Shown: piece after piece, positions 29,120 through 39,086 of the stretch
Layout of the letters: every line of letters starts with the position of its first letter
Numbering within the stretch: the first letter of the stretch is position 1
DNA from: an uncultured delta proteobacterium
GTDB lineage: Bacteria > Desulfobacterota > Binatia > UBA9968
Assembly (NCBI GenBank): GCA_963804165.1
Contig: CAWDPO010000025.1
Coordinates: 32,001 to 96,000 of the forward strand
Direction of reading: 5' to 3'
DNA length: 64,000 nt
Program-made: the position numbers and the translations under genes
Notes under the pieces: generated by a model
The model's database searches: none
What the model saw: only the letters and a program-made list of their open reading frames with translations
Told to the model about the DNA's origin: nothing

Positions 29120-30076
29120 ATGATGCGTTGGCGCAGGGCGTGGCTTGCAGTGGCATTGATCAGCGTCGGCAGCCTGAAGCTTTCACTGGTCGATGCCCGG
29201 ATTGTCGTCGGCGTGTCGACGGTGAATGTGGCGTTCCTGCCGATCTATCTCACTCAAGACAAGGGTTTCTTCAAGGACGAGGGCTTGGACGTGCTCGTCG
29301 TGATGTTCAATGCCGGGGCAACGAATCTCCAGGCGGTCATCGGCGGTGACGTCCAGATCATGGCGGGTGGAGTGCCGGAAACTGTGCTCGCTCGGGCCAG
29401 CGGCGTCGACATCAAAAACTTCTGGGCGATCTCCAATCTCATGCCGTTTCAGATCTACGGCAGTCCTAAACTCAAGTCGCTGAAGGACGGCAAAGGGAAG
29501 AAGTTTGCGATCAGCCGCTTCGGCTCGCTGTCCGAATTTCTCACCCGCTCCGCGTTACGTCAATCGGGCGTCGATCCCAAGGACGTCACCATGTTGCAGA
29601 TCGGTGCCACGCCGGCCCGTTTTACGACGCTGGCGACCGGGATCGTCGATGCGACGATTCTATGGTTTCCGGTAACCGAGCGGGCCAAGTCGGTCGGCAT
29701 GAACAAGCTCTTCGATCTCAAGGATCTTTATCCCAACTGGACCAACGTCGGCTTTGTCGCGCGCGAGGCGTGGCTTGGCAAAGAGAAGGAACAAACGATG
29801 AGATTCTTGCGCGCCTATCAGAGAGGCGTGAAACATACACGCGAAAACCGGGAGGACGGCATTCGTACGCTCAGAAAATATGTCGGGCTCGATGCCGCTG
29901 AAGCTGCGGCAGGATACGACGAATACCGCGACTCCTTCCCGCTCGACGGCCGGATTCTCGACGCTGGCATCACCGCTACGGTCGAGCAGGAGGTCGAGAC
30001 CGGCCGGCTCAAGGGAAAAGTAACTCTGAACGAGATGATTGATTACAGCTTTATTAACTCGCTGGGAAAAAAGTAG
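29120..30076 (+). CDS. ABC-type substrate-binding protein, NMT1/SsuA-like
   Basis: GGAGGAG RBS; KGFFKDEGLDV, AISRFGSLS. Confidence 0.87.
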   Translation: MMRWRRAWLAVALISVGSLKLSLVDARIVVGVSTVNVAFLPIYLTQDKGFFKDEGLDVLVVMFNAGATNLQAVIGGDVQIMAGGVPETVLARASGVDIKNFWAISNLMPFQIYGSPKLKSLKDGKGKKFAISRFGSLSEFLTRSALRQSGVDPKDVTMLQIGATPARFTTLATGIVDATILWFPVTERAKSVGMNKLFDLKDLYPNWTNVGFVAREAWLGKEKEQTMRFLRAYQRGVKHTRENREDGIRTLRKYVGLDAAEAAAGYDEYRDSFPLDGRILDAGITATVEQEVETGRLKGKVTLNEMIDYSFINSLGKK

Positions 30077-30160
30077 CTGACATCTTGAACGGCTCGAATA
30101 ATTTGCAGGGTCTTATCCCGGACTCGAATCCCGATTGCGTTTGATTCTTGGAGGCGAGCT

Positions 30161-31294
30161 ATGATGCACAAGCATTTAAATCGGGCAGTTCTAATTGCAT
30201 GGGTCATGATTGCGGGCGTGGAAGATACATGGCATTTCGCAACGGAGGCGGCCGCGCAGACGTCCGAGGCAAAAGGCCGTAACCTGCCGATGTTCGAAGT
30301 TGACACTTCATGGCCGAAGGTGCCGGCAAAGTGGAAGCTCGGTGATGTATCCAGCATCGCCATCGATGCACAAGGCAATGCGTGGGTTCTGCACCGTCCG
30401 CGCACGCTCAAACCCGATCAGGCTTCGATGGCGGCGCCGCCGATCCTTGTGTTCGATGCGGTGGGCAATTTCATCAAAGCGTGGGGTGGGGCGGGCAGCG
30501 GTTACGAATGGATTGAGCGGGAACATGGCATCCATGTCGACTACAAAGGTTTCATATGGTTGGGCGGAAACAACTGCCCCGGACTTAAGCTTCCCGGGCT
30601 CAAGGCGGTTGCCGATGACCAATTGCTGAAGTTTACCCAGGACGGCAAATTCGTGCTGCAAATCGGTGGCAGCAACCAAAGCCAAGGCAACGCCGACACC
30701 AAGAACGTGCATCGCGCGGCGGACGTTTGGGTCCATCCGCAGACCAACGAAGTATTCGTGGCGGACGGCTACGGCAATCATCGTGTCATCGTCTTCGATG
30801 CGGATACCGGCGCGTTCAAACGGATGTGGGGTGCGTTTGCCAACAAACCCCTGGACGACGACCATTGTGAGAATGTTCCAAAACCAAACTTCGCGGACGC
30901 TGCGGGTCCGCAGAATTTCAGCATCGTGCATGCCATCCGCGTGGCCAACGATGGGACGGTGTACGTGGCCGATCGGGATAACCGGCGCGTGCAGATGTTC
31001 ACGAGCGACGGCAAGTTCGTCAAGCAACTGGTCAAGACCAGCACGCCGTTTGCGCGCAATCTGGCTTTGTCGCCGGACGCGGAGCAGCAGTTCCTGTACG
31101 TCGGCAACGGCAAGGAAATCTCGATCGTCGATCGGAAAACGCTTGAGATCGTGGGAAGCATCGAGGGACCCGGCATGCTCGGCGGCGGTCACCAAATCGC
31201 GACGGATGCGAAAGGTAACATCTACGTGGCTGCCACCGGCAATGGCATGCAGAAGCTCACGTTCAAAGGAATGTCGTCGTTGGTGAGTCGCTAA
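30161..31294 (+). CDS. NHL-repeat beta-propeller protein (PAL-like)
   Basis: FEVDTSWP, EHGIHVD, VADGYGNHRV, VYVADRDNRRVQ. Confidence 0.8.
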   Translation: MMHKHLNRAVLIAWVMIAGVEDTWHFATEAAAQTSEAKGRNLPMFEVDTSWPKVPAKWKLGDVSSIAIDAQGNAWVLHRPRTLKPDQASMAAPPILVFDAVGNFIKAWGGAGSGYEWIEREHGIHVDYKGFIWLGGNNCPGLKLPGLKAVADDQLLKFTQDGKFVLQIGGSNQSQGNADTKNVHRAADVWVHPQTNEVFVADGYGNHRVIVFDADTGAFKRMWGAFANKPLDDDHCENVPKPNFADAAGPQNFSIVHAIRVANDGTVYVADRDNRRVQMFTSDGKFVKQLVKTSTPFARNLALSPDAEQQFLYVGNGKEISIVDRKTLEIVGSIEGPGMLGGGHQIATDAKGNIYVAATGNGMQKLTFKGMSSLVSR

Positions 31295-31406
31295 TCGATA
31301 TGGCTGGAATTGGTTCTAATGTTCTAATGCCGGACTCCGTGAATGATTACGAAGCGAAGTTTGGCTGTCGCAGATTGCGGCCGGGCGATAAGAAGAAAAT
31401 CGTTGC

Positions 31407-32132
31407 ATGAAGGTTATTGACCAAGAGTTGATAGCGACGGCACTCCCCTATTGGACAACTGAGGCGACAATCGTTCGGCGATTTTTCAAGAGCAAGCCGA
31501 CGCGCGAGGATCACATTTTTTGGCTCAAGGCGCAGCTATGGAAGGAGCTTCATCCGGTCGACGGTTATTTCACCGGGCTTCAAAAGGAGCTGAACAGTCT
31601 GGTGGCGAGTTTTCCGGAAATCGACAAAACCATCAACCGACACGCGTACCACTCGCTCCTGCAGCAACTCACGCAGGAGTTCAATCACTACGTGCTCATG
31701 GCCGACGTACTCGAATATCTTCTCGGCCATCCGGTTTCCGTCGCAGATACATTTCAACTGCCTCAGGAGAAAAAACTCGGCGATATACGTAGATACTACG
31801 CGACCTCAGGGTCGGCTGTTGATAAAGCCGCGGTGCTCGTCACGGAAGGTGGCGGCGCGCGGATGTTTCTCGAAGGAAGAAAGTTAAAAGGTGGCCGGCT
31901 CGAAAGAATGATCGCTGGCGCGATGGAAATCGTGTATCAGGACGAGAAAAACCACTATAAACAGGCTGCGAGGGAAGCGGCGCGAGCCGTGCGGAACAAG
32001 CAGGATCTGGCGCGAATGAAGAAGGCGGTGCATGAAGTTAGTCTGCAACGAGTCTACATGCGCAACGAGATGTTCAAAGAACCGCTGACGAACCAGGAAA
32101 TCAAGCGCGTCGTGGCGTCGCACACGCCATAA
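31407..32132 (+). CDS. Ferritin-like (diiron four-helix) protein of unknown function
   Basis: KE..., QEFNHY, TEGGG, QDEKNHY give an E..ExxH..E..DExxH pattern. Confidence 0.6.
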   Translation: MKVIDQELIATALPYWTTEATIVRRFFKSKPTREDHIFWLKAQLWKELHPVDGYFTGLQKELNSLVASFPEIDKTINRHAYHSLLQQLTQEFNHYVLMADVLEYLLGHPVSVADTFQLPQEKKLGDIRRYYATSGSAVDKAAVLVTEGGGARMFLEGRKLKGGRLERMIAGAMEIVYQDEKNHYKQAAREAARAVRNKQDLARMKKAVHEVSLQRVYMRNEMFKEPLTNQEIKRVVASHTP

Positions 32133-32426
32133 TCCAATTAAGAGCAGGGTAAGCGTTTGTCACATTTTGCCTGGAAATGAACGCACGGCGATCATGGGCC
32201 ACGAACGGCTCGTTGCCATCGTTGTTTTTTGGATTGGCAAGTTGTGGTAGCGCCTCTGAGATCTGGATATACCGTCTACCACCGGAATTGACAGAAAGCC
32301 GAAGACGAAAATTCTTTGCGACGGGAATTCCTGTCCCGTTATTGTGGCATCGGTAGCTATAGTTTACTGTGCAATTGACGACGCCAATATTTCGATTGTT
32401 ACAATTGCCACAGAGGAGGCTGCTCG

Positions 32427-33086
32427 ATGAAAGTTAGAGTGTTTTTCTTAGTCACGATGGTATTCACCCTCTGCCTTGCGGCTTCGGCTGCGCAAGCCGA
32501 TTTGCAGGAAGATGTGGACCGAGCGGTAGAGATCATCGAACGCTTCCAGGAGATACCCGAGAAGGCGATTCCGACGGCGGTCCTGCGCGACGCGAAGGGC
32601 CTGGCGATTATCACGGTCGCCAAAGCTGGGTTTGTTGTAAGCGGCAGGGGCGGCACCGGACTCGTCATTGCGCGCACCGACAAAGGGTGGAGCGGTCCTT
32701 CGGCCATCGGTACCGGCGGGATAGGGGTCGGTTTCCAAGCCGGTGTGCAGGTCTCTGAATACGTCTTCATTCTCAACACCCAGGAGGCCGTAAACGCGTT
32801 CTCTAAAGGCAGCAACGTTACTCTCGGCGGCAACCTCAGCGCGGCGATCGGTCCCATCGGACGTTCCGCCGAGGCCGGCGTGACGACGCAGGCGGCGATT
32901 TACACGTACAGCCGCACTCAAGGAATTTTTGCCGGGGTTTCACTGGAGGGCACGGTGATCGCAACCCGGTATGAAGCGAACGAGCAATACTACGGTAAGG
33001 CCGCCTTTCCGGCGGATATCTTGTCAGGCAGCGTCAAGCCGCCGGCCGGCGCACAAAAGCTGCTCGACGTTTTGGCGAAATACTGA
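32427..33086 (+). CDS. Ysc84/SYLF lipid-binding domain protein
   Basis: KAGFVVSGRGGTG, WSGPS, GFQAG, YTYSRTQGIFAGVSLEG. Confidence 0.9.
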   Translation: MKVRVFFLVTMVFTLCLAASAAQADLQEDVDRAVEIIERFQEIPEKAIPTAVLRDAKGLAIITVAKAGFVVSGRGGTGLVIARTDKGWSGPSAIGTGGIGVGFQAGVQVSEYVFILNTQEAVNAFSKGSNVTLGGNLSAAIGPIGRSAEAGVTTQAAIYTYSRTQGIFAGVSLEGTVIATRYEANEQYYGKAAFPADILSGSVKPPAGAQKLLDVLAKY

Positions 33087-33233
33087 GCGCCGCCCGCGCC
33101 GGTAAATTGCCAAGCCAAGAAATTCTTTTGCTCTCGGTGCTCGCCGAGAACGCAAGAACCTAAATTCAGTGACGGTGGGCGCAAACGGGTTTTACGTGCT
33201 TAGCTCTTACGTGGAGCCTTTCCATCACGCGCG

Positions 33234-34307
33234 CTAACGCGGCGGCAATTGACCTGCCTCGTTGATTTTTTTGAACAGCGCGACCGTCTCCGGGTCGCGC
33301 GGCAGTTCTTTGACGAGCTTTTCCATTTCATCCGGCATGACCGGAGTCGGCTCCTCGCCGACCAGCTTTAGATATTCTTTTGAGAACTCCTGATCCTTGA
33401 AAACTTTCACCATGGCGTCTTGGAGAATTTTCACCTGTTCCCTCGGCGTGCCGGGCGATAATATATACGGCGAGCCGACCTGTCTAAAGTCCCGAACCAT
33501 GCGCAGCAGTTTGCGCTCCCTTTCCGTTTTGGCGAAGCTCTCGATCTCCGGTAAGTGCTCGAAGCCCGCCTGCTTCAATCCCTTCGGCACTTCCATGATC
33601 GCATGCACGTTGATCGCGCCTTTGGCCAGCAAGTCGGCGTTGCGCCGGGTCAAGGTGTCGGCGTTGTTGATGCGGCCATCCAATTCCCCTCTCACCAAAG
33701 CGAGATCTTGCTCGCCGCCGGAATAGCCGACCAGAAAATTCGGCTCCTTGAGACCCATCAGCCAGGCAAAAAGCCGGCCGACGAAATAGTTGGAGTGGCC
33801 CACCGCTTGAGAACCGATTCTCAGCGCTGACGCCGAGCGCAGCGCATCGACGCTCCTCAGATTCAGCGCGGCGCGGGTAAGGAAAACCCAATGGTAGGTA
33901 CTGTGCGCCGAGCCCAGATAGATAAGTTTGTTGAGATCGTATAAAACACCGGGCGCGCCGAGCACGGCATTGGCGACGAGGCCGCCGCCGATGCGTCCGA
34001 TCGTCAAACCATCGGGGCGGGCGCTGTTAAAAATAAAATTGGCGGCCTTGGTGCCGCCGCCACCGGGCATGAACTGCAGCTTGATGGCGGGCTCGCCGGG
34101 AATATGTTTTTTCAAAGTAGGGAGCGCGGCGCGGACCATCGTGTCCGAAGTGTCGCCGGCGTCAGAAGATTGCACGAGGGTGATCGTCTTGCCGTGGTAG
34201 TAGGGGTTTTGAGAGAAAGCGGACAGCGGAAAAAACAACAGCGCGACGACGATCGTCATGATTGTGACTCGCCATCGAACCGGTACGGTATCAGATCCCA
34301 TGTTCAT
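33234..34307 (-). CDS. Bug/TctC-like tripartite tricarboxylate transporter binding protein
   Basis: YYHGKTITL, HIPGEP, MPGGGG, PDGLT, RGELDGR. Confidence 0.8.
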   Translation of the reverse strand: MNMGSDTVPVRWRVTIMTIVVALLFFPLSAFSQNPYYHGKTITLVQSSDAGDTSDTMVRAALPTLKKHIPGEPAIKLQFMPGGGGTKAANFIFNSARPDGLTIGRIGGGLVANAVLGAPGVLYDLNKLIYLGSAHSTYHWVFLTRAALNLRSVDALRSASALRIGSQAVGHSNYFVGRLFAWLMGLKEPNFLVGYSGGEQDLALVRGELDGRINNADTLTRRNADLLAKGAINVHAIMEVPKGLKQAGFEHLPEIESFAKTERERKLLRMVRDFRQVGSPYILSPGTPREQVKILQDAMVKVFKDQEFSKEYLKLVGEEPTPVMPDEMEKLVKELPRDPETVALFKKINEAGQLPPR

Positions 34308-34458
34308 CTCCGTTCGGGTTTAACGTCCGACGTGCTCGTGATGCGTGATTGTTCTGCGAACTCGAGCCACGAACGCAAAACACAAGGAGCACGCAGCTCG
34401 ACTAGAAGGCTGTTGCCTGAGAGTATTCAACGATCAGACCCTGGCATCGTCCTGAGCT

Positions 34459-34758
34459 TTACACGACGATCGGTTCACTCACAGGCAGGTGGCTCGCGAT
34501 CTCGGGCACACGCGTTCTCGGTTTGCCGTCGACGCCTGAGTTGCCGGCGACGAGTAAAAGCAGACGGCCTTCGCCGGTGTTACAAAGTTGGTACGGCTGT
34601 CTTGCGGTGAGCACGACCATGTCGTAGGGCTTTAAGACATACTCTTTGTGCGGCGTACGCACCCAAAACGTCGCGTGCTCGGTGCGCCACAGTTTGAAAT
34701 TACGGATTCCCTTGTTGCGTTCAACCTCCTCTTCAAAGAAATTTTTGACTTCAACCAT
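34459..34758 (-). CDS. Short cupin-like protein apparently lacking motif 1
   Basis: N- and C-terminal halves resemble cupin 53431-53784, but the HxH...E segment is absent; AGAGGAG RBS. Confidence 0.55.
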   Translation of the reverse strand: MVEVKNFFEEEVERNKGIRNFKLWRTEHATFWVRTPHKEYVLKPYDMVVLTARQPYQLCNTGEGRLLLLVAGNSGVDGKPRTRVPEIASHLPVSEPIVV

Positions 34759-34986
34759 GATATCGATCTCCTCTAGACTACAAAATTGGCGTTTTCCCTC
34801 GACGCAGCACCCCTAGCCGTCTTAAGTAATTGAAGGTTAGCGCCAATACAAATGAACGATCGAAAGAGCGACGTCAAGATAGATAGGATCCGCGGTGACG
34901 GAAAAATTGCGACGCGACGGCCGGCAGTTCTTCATGCATTCCGATGCTTGATTCTGTGTCTTTGCTCCGTAGACAGAATGGCGTGG

Positions 34987-35016
34987 TTGACAGTTCGATC
35001 ACCTCCGGCCTAGCAT
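34987..35016 (+). promoter_or_regulatory. Putative sigma70 promoter
   Basis: TTGACA-N18-TAGCAT upstream of GGGAGG RBS and GTG 35042. Confidence 0.45.
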
Positions 35017-35041
35017 TCCGCCCAACCGCGGGAGGTGATTC

Positions 35042-36071
35042 GTGTGTTTTCCTTTGCGCCGTTGGCGAGTCTGGATCTCCATATCCTTCATCTTAAATTT
35101 TACAAACCTTGCGCACGCCCGCGCCGAAGACACTGTTCTTATGGCTTATGGCGGGCATAATGAAACCATCGGAGCCTATTGGGTGGCGATCGATAAAGGG
35201 CTCTATCAGAAACATGGCATCGACGCGCGCTTGCTTCAGGTGCGCAACGCGCAAATCAGCTTGTCGGATCTGGTCTCCGGTCAGGTGCCGGTATTCCTTC
35301 CCTCGGTGGCCAACGTGTTGAGCGGCGTGACCGGGGGCGAAAATCGCCTGCGTCGCATCTCCGATAAAAGGGATTTCGCGCGAGCTGGTTGTGCGCAAGG
35401 AGATCGAATCGCTGGCGGCGCTGCGCGGCAAAACCATCGGCGTGCAAAGTATCGGCGGCGGCTTTTGGCTGGCGACCATGATGGTGTTGGATGGTGTCGG
35501 CATCGACCCCGATAGGACTGGCATGAAAATGCGTGTCATCGGTGAGGAAGCGACCATCGTTCAAGCGCTACTGAGTTCGAACATCGATGCCGCCGTGGTT
35601 ACGTTGCCGTCGGCCGCGGTGGCCAAGCGCGGCGGTATGCGGTCGCTGGTCAACTCGACGGAACTTCGAATTCCTTTTCAAACCGTCGGGATTTGCAGCC
35701 GCAGCGAGCGGATCGCCAACGCGCCGGACCTCATGACGCGCCAAACCAAGGGCATGATCGACGCGATCGTCTACATTCTCGATGCGCGCAACAAAAAGGA
35801 ATTGGCTGCGGTTTTGAAAAAACACCTTCGCTTAAGCACCGACGAAGATGCGGAGACGTCTTACAATTCCCTTCGCTCGATCATCAGCCTGGACATCGCT
35901 CTGGACCCCGTGACCTGGAGGAACATTCAAAAATTCACCGCGCGGGTTAACACCAAGGTTGTCCAAGTCGATATCAACGAAGCGATCAATACATCGATCG
36001 TGAACGCACTCGAAGAAAACGGCTACCTCCCGGAAGCAAGGAAAAAAGCGGCTTCTCAACCCGCGCGCTAG
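35042..36071 (+). pseudogene. NMT1/SsuA-like binding protein split by a frameshift in a G5 run
   Basis: Frame 1 ...KGLYQKHGID...SGVTG joins frame 2 AKIACVASP...LRGKTIG at 35333-35337. Confidence 0.78.
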
Positions 36072-36563
36072 CATTCTGTCTCAGAAGTTCGTTGCGCGGA
36101 ACTTCCGACAATCAAGAGCGACGGCGAAAAACTCAAGCACATTCTGCAAAATATCATCGGCAACGCAATCAAGTTTACGCCAAAGGGCAGGATAACCATT
36201 TCGCTTCGATACATTGCCGATCCCGGCGTGCTGGAGTTCAAAGTGACGGATACCGGAGTGGGGATCCCAAAGGAAATGTTGCCGGTTATTTTTGAAATGT
36301 TTCGCCAGGTGGACAGCTCGGAGAACAGACCCTTCGAGGGCGTAGGATTGGGTCTCTATATTGTCAAGAAGTTTACCGAGTTCCTCGGCGGACAAGTAGC
36401 GGTCGAGAGCGAGGAAGGCAGCGGTTCGACATTCATAGTAACGATACCTACGGCTGTGGCGGACCAGCAGATGGATAGTCCGGCCCAAGTGGCCGCTGGC
36501 TTCACGACGCGGTCAAGGACGTTCGAATTTGATTCCGTCGAGGATTTAACAAGAAAGGGATGA
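36072..36563 (+). pseudogene. Histidine kinase relic (HATPase_c only)
   Basis: SDGEKLKHILQNIIGNAIKFT, DTGVGI, GVGLGL, GSGSTF; no HisKA/sensor domain and no start codon before the N-box. Confidence 0.8.
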
Positions 36564-36962
36564 ATCCGATGAAACGAGTACTTTTGGTCGAGGACAATGA
36601 GTCCACCATCGATGTGGTCGAGATGGAACTGAAATTTGGGTTATGAAGTGATGATCGCCAGGGACGGGCTGGAAGCCGTGGATCGAGTCGCGGAGCAGTT
36701 GCCCGATCTGGTCATTATGGACATCCACCTGCCCAAGATGAACGGGTTTGAAGCTGTGCGCCGGATCAGGACAATGCCGGCCGTCCATGACATTCCAATA
36801 CTAGCGGCGACGGCGAAAGCGTTGAACGGCGACCAGGAGAAGTGCATAGCGGCCGGCTGTGACGGATATATCGCGAAGCCCTTTACCCATAGAGAATTAG
36901 AAACCGCTATCAACGGTATGCTGAAACGCCGACTCAGTAATCTTCAGCTCGACGAGAAATAG
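36560..36962 (+). pseudogene. Single-domain response regulator, frameshifted at ~36635
   Basis: MKRVLLVEDN... in one frame; LGYEV..PDLVIMDIHLP..ATA..IAKPF in the next frame. Confidence 0.78.
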
Positions 36963-37103
36963 CTGATACCAATCGGCACGAAACGATCCGTACGCGAACT
37001 TTTCCCGCTCGAATATCAATTCACGTTTCCGCGGTCGTATCCCGCTCATCTAGAGACCGAACTCCGCCGAATCGAGATCTCTAACGTTGCTGTTGATTAG
37101 CCA

Positions 37104-37472
37104 TTATCCCGACAACCCTTTGCGGTAGCGCGCCGCACCCATATGGCCGATGCCAATTGTCAGGATGCCAAGAACGAGATGGATGATCTGGATGACCCAA
37201 TGAAATGGCCCGACCATTAAAGACGCCTGCATCATCCCAAGGACAGCAGTAATAGCGCCGACGACCAGAGCGCAAGCGGCGATGATCCAGCTGCCGGTTT
37301 TGGAAAACACCTGACCGACACCGATAACCCAGAGCGCGCCGACGGCCAGAAGGCCGAGCAGCATGTGCATGGAGACGAGATTCAAAGCGATGCCGATCCA
37401 AAAGAGCAGGCCCAGGATCAGCGCGAGTAATCCAGCCAGACTTAAAACAAACGATGCAATACGTATCGTCAT
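37104..37472 (-). CDS. Hypothetical four-helix membrane protein
   Basis: Four hydrophobic helices with HMLLG and HLVLG; AAGGAG upstream. Confidence 0.65.
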   Translation of the reverse strand: MTIRIASFVLSLAGLLALILGLLFWIGIALNLVSMHMLLGLLAVGALWVIGVGQVFSKTGSWIIAACALVVGAITAVLGMMQASLMVGPFHWVIQIIHLVLGILTIGIGHMGAARYRKGLSG

Positions 37473-37669
37473 AGAGGCAAAAAACTCTCCTTGTGAATGA
37501 CTTCCTACGAAAACTCGTCGGCACGATGAGTCGACGTAAACTACGTCAGTAAACACTCGATGCAAGCGGCGCGCAAACGCTCGCTCTACTCTCGATGTAA
37601 CCGACAGCGGGATACGAAGATAATTCAACCGCGCCTAGGAAGAATTGGAAGGTCGCACGCACGTGACAT

Positions 37670-38065
37670 TTAGTTTTCGCGATTCTTGCGCCTGCTGGTC
37701 ACGATGACTTGCATCCCCTCGGCGCTCACGATCTCCACTTCAGTTCCGGCAATAATCACCTGATCAATGGGATTCGCGACGGCATTCCAAAGCTCGCCTC
37801 GGACTCGCACGTAGCCCCGCGGGTCCAGATGATCTTGCGCCACGCCGCGCGTACCGACGAGGGCTTGCGAACCGGGCTTGACGTCCGATTCATAGGCGCG
37901 CCGAAGGAGCGGATACATTAGCAAGTCTTTCAATACCCAGCCAAACAAACCGAAAACGGCGACCCATCCTGGCAGGTATCGCCAATTCCACAGACCAAGG
38001 ACGATCAGTCCAGTGATGATCCAACCTGGAGTCTGAAACAGTAGGTATCTTTGCCACGTGGACAC
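37670..38065 (-). CDS. NfeD-like C-terminal (OB-fold) membrane protein
   Basis: LVGTRG, GYVRVRGELWNA, GTEVEIVSAEGMQVIV. Confidence 0.8.
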   Translation of the reverse strand: MSTWQRYLLFQTPGWIITGLIVLGLWNWRYLPGWVAVFGLFGWVLKDLLMYPLLRRAYESDVKPGSQALVGTRGVAQDHLDPRGYVRVRGELWNAVANPIDQVIIAGTEVEIVSAEGMQVIVTSRRKNREN

Positions 38066-38282
38066 CGGGCGAACGCCTCTTTCGGTTTGACCGCAATTGA
38101 AAATAGATCGCCAATGGAAATTTATGTAACGGTTCGACGGAAATCAAGATTGACGCGTCTTGCGCCTCGACTAAATCGGCGTCCATGCGATCCTCCGCAG
38201 CGCTACGGTTGTGATGACCTGACCTTGACCCGCTCGGCGCACGTAGATACTGTCATGGAGAAACTCCGAGCGAGGGCATCTC

Positions 38283-39023
38283 ATGACCATAAGTTCTTTA
38301 CGTATGGATCTCGCGCCGACAGGCATGCTACGCGTCGGCATTAACTATGGAAACCCAGTGCTGGCTGGCAAGGACTCAACGAGCGGCGATCTGCACGGCG
38401 TGGCGGTCGATCTGGCGCGCGAGCTTGCCCGGCGCGCAGACGTGCCCGTCGAGTTGATCGGCTTCGAATCTGCGGGAAAGATGTTCGAGGCGGTGAAAAC
38501 GGGCGCCTGGGATATCGCGTTTCTCGCGATCGACCAAGGTCGCGCCAACGAGGTTGATTTCACTCCTCCCTACGTCGAAATCGAAGGAACCTATCTAGTT
38601 CCGTCGGGGTCTAAGTTTCACACCCTCGAAGACGTCGACAGTGACGGTGTGCGCATCGGCGTGTCAGCCAAGAGCGCTTACGATTTATTTTTGAGCCGCA
38701 GTATCCAGCACGCTGAACTGGTGCACGCGTCGAGCCCCGACGCAGCGTTCGAGCTGCTCAATGCCGGCAAGGTCGATGTGCTCGCCGGGGTGAGGCAACA
38801 CCTCGCGGCAAACGCGGCAAAGCTTCCCGGATCGCGTGTGTTCGACGGCCGGTTCATGGTGATTCAACAAGCGCTCGGTATTCTGAAAGGCCGCGACGAA
38901 GGCGCAAAGTACCTCCACGATTTTATCGAAGACGTGAAAGCGTCAGGTTTCGTCGGACGCGCGATTGAGAAAGCCGGCATGCGCGGCGTATCGGTCGCCC
39001 CCGCGGCCGGGGTCAAATCCTAA
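38283..39023 (+). CDS. Amino-acid-type substrate-binding protein (family 3)
   Basis: LAPTGMLRVGIN, GVAVDLAREL, VDFTPPY, SAYDLFL; no evident signal peptide. Confidence 0.82.
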   Translation: MTISSLRMDLAPTGMLRVGINYGNPVLAGKDSTSGDLHGVAVDLARELARRADVPVELIGFESAGKMFEAVKTGAWDIAFLAIDQGRANEVDFTPPYVEIEGTYLVPSGSKFHTLEDVDSDGVRIGVSAKSAYDLFLSRSIQHAELVHASSPDAAFELLNAGKVDVLAGVRQHLAANAAKLPGSRVFDGRFMVIQQALGILKGRDEGAKYLHDFIEDVKASGFVGRAIEKAGMRGVSVAPAAGVKS

Positions 39024-39086
39024 GTGCGTTGCCAATGGACCGCGCCGGGTGTTACGCTCAATTGGATCCAGAAAGGAGCGCCGGTT

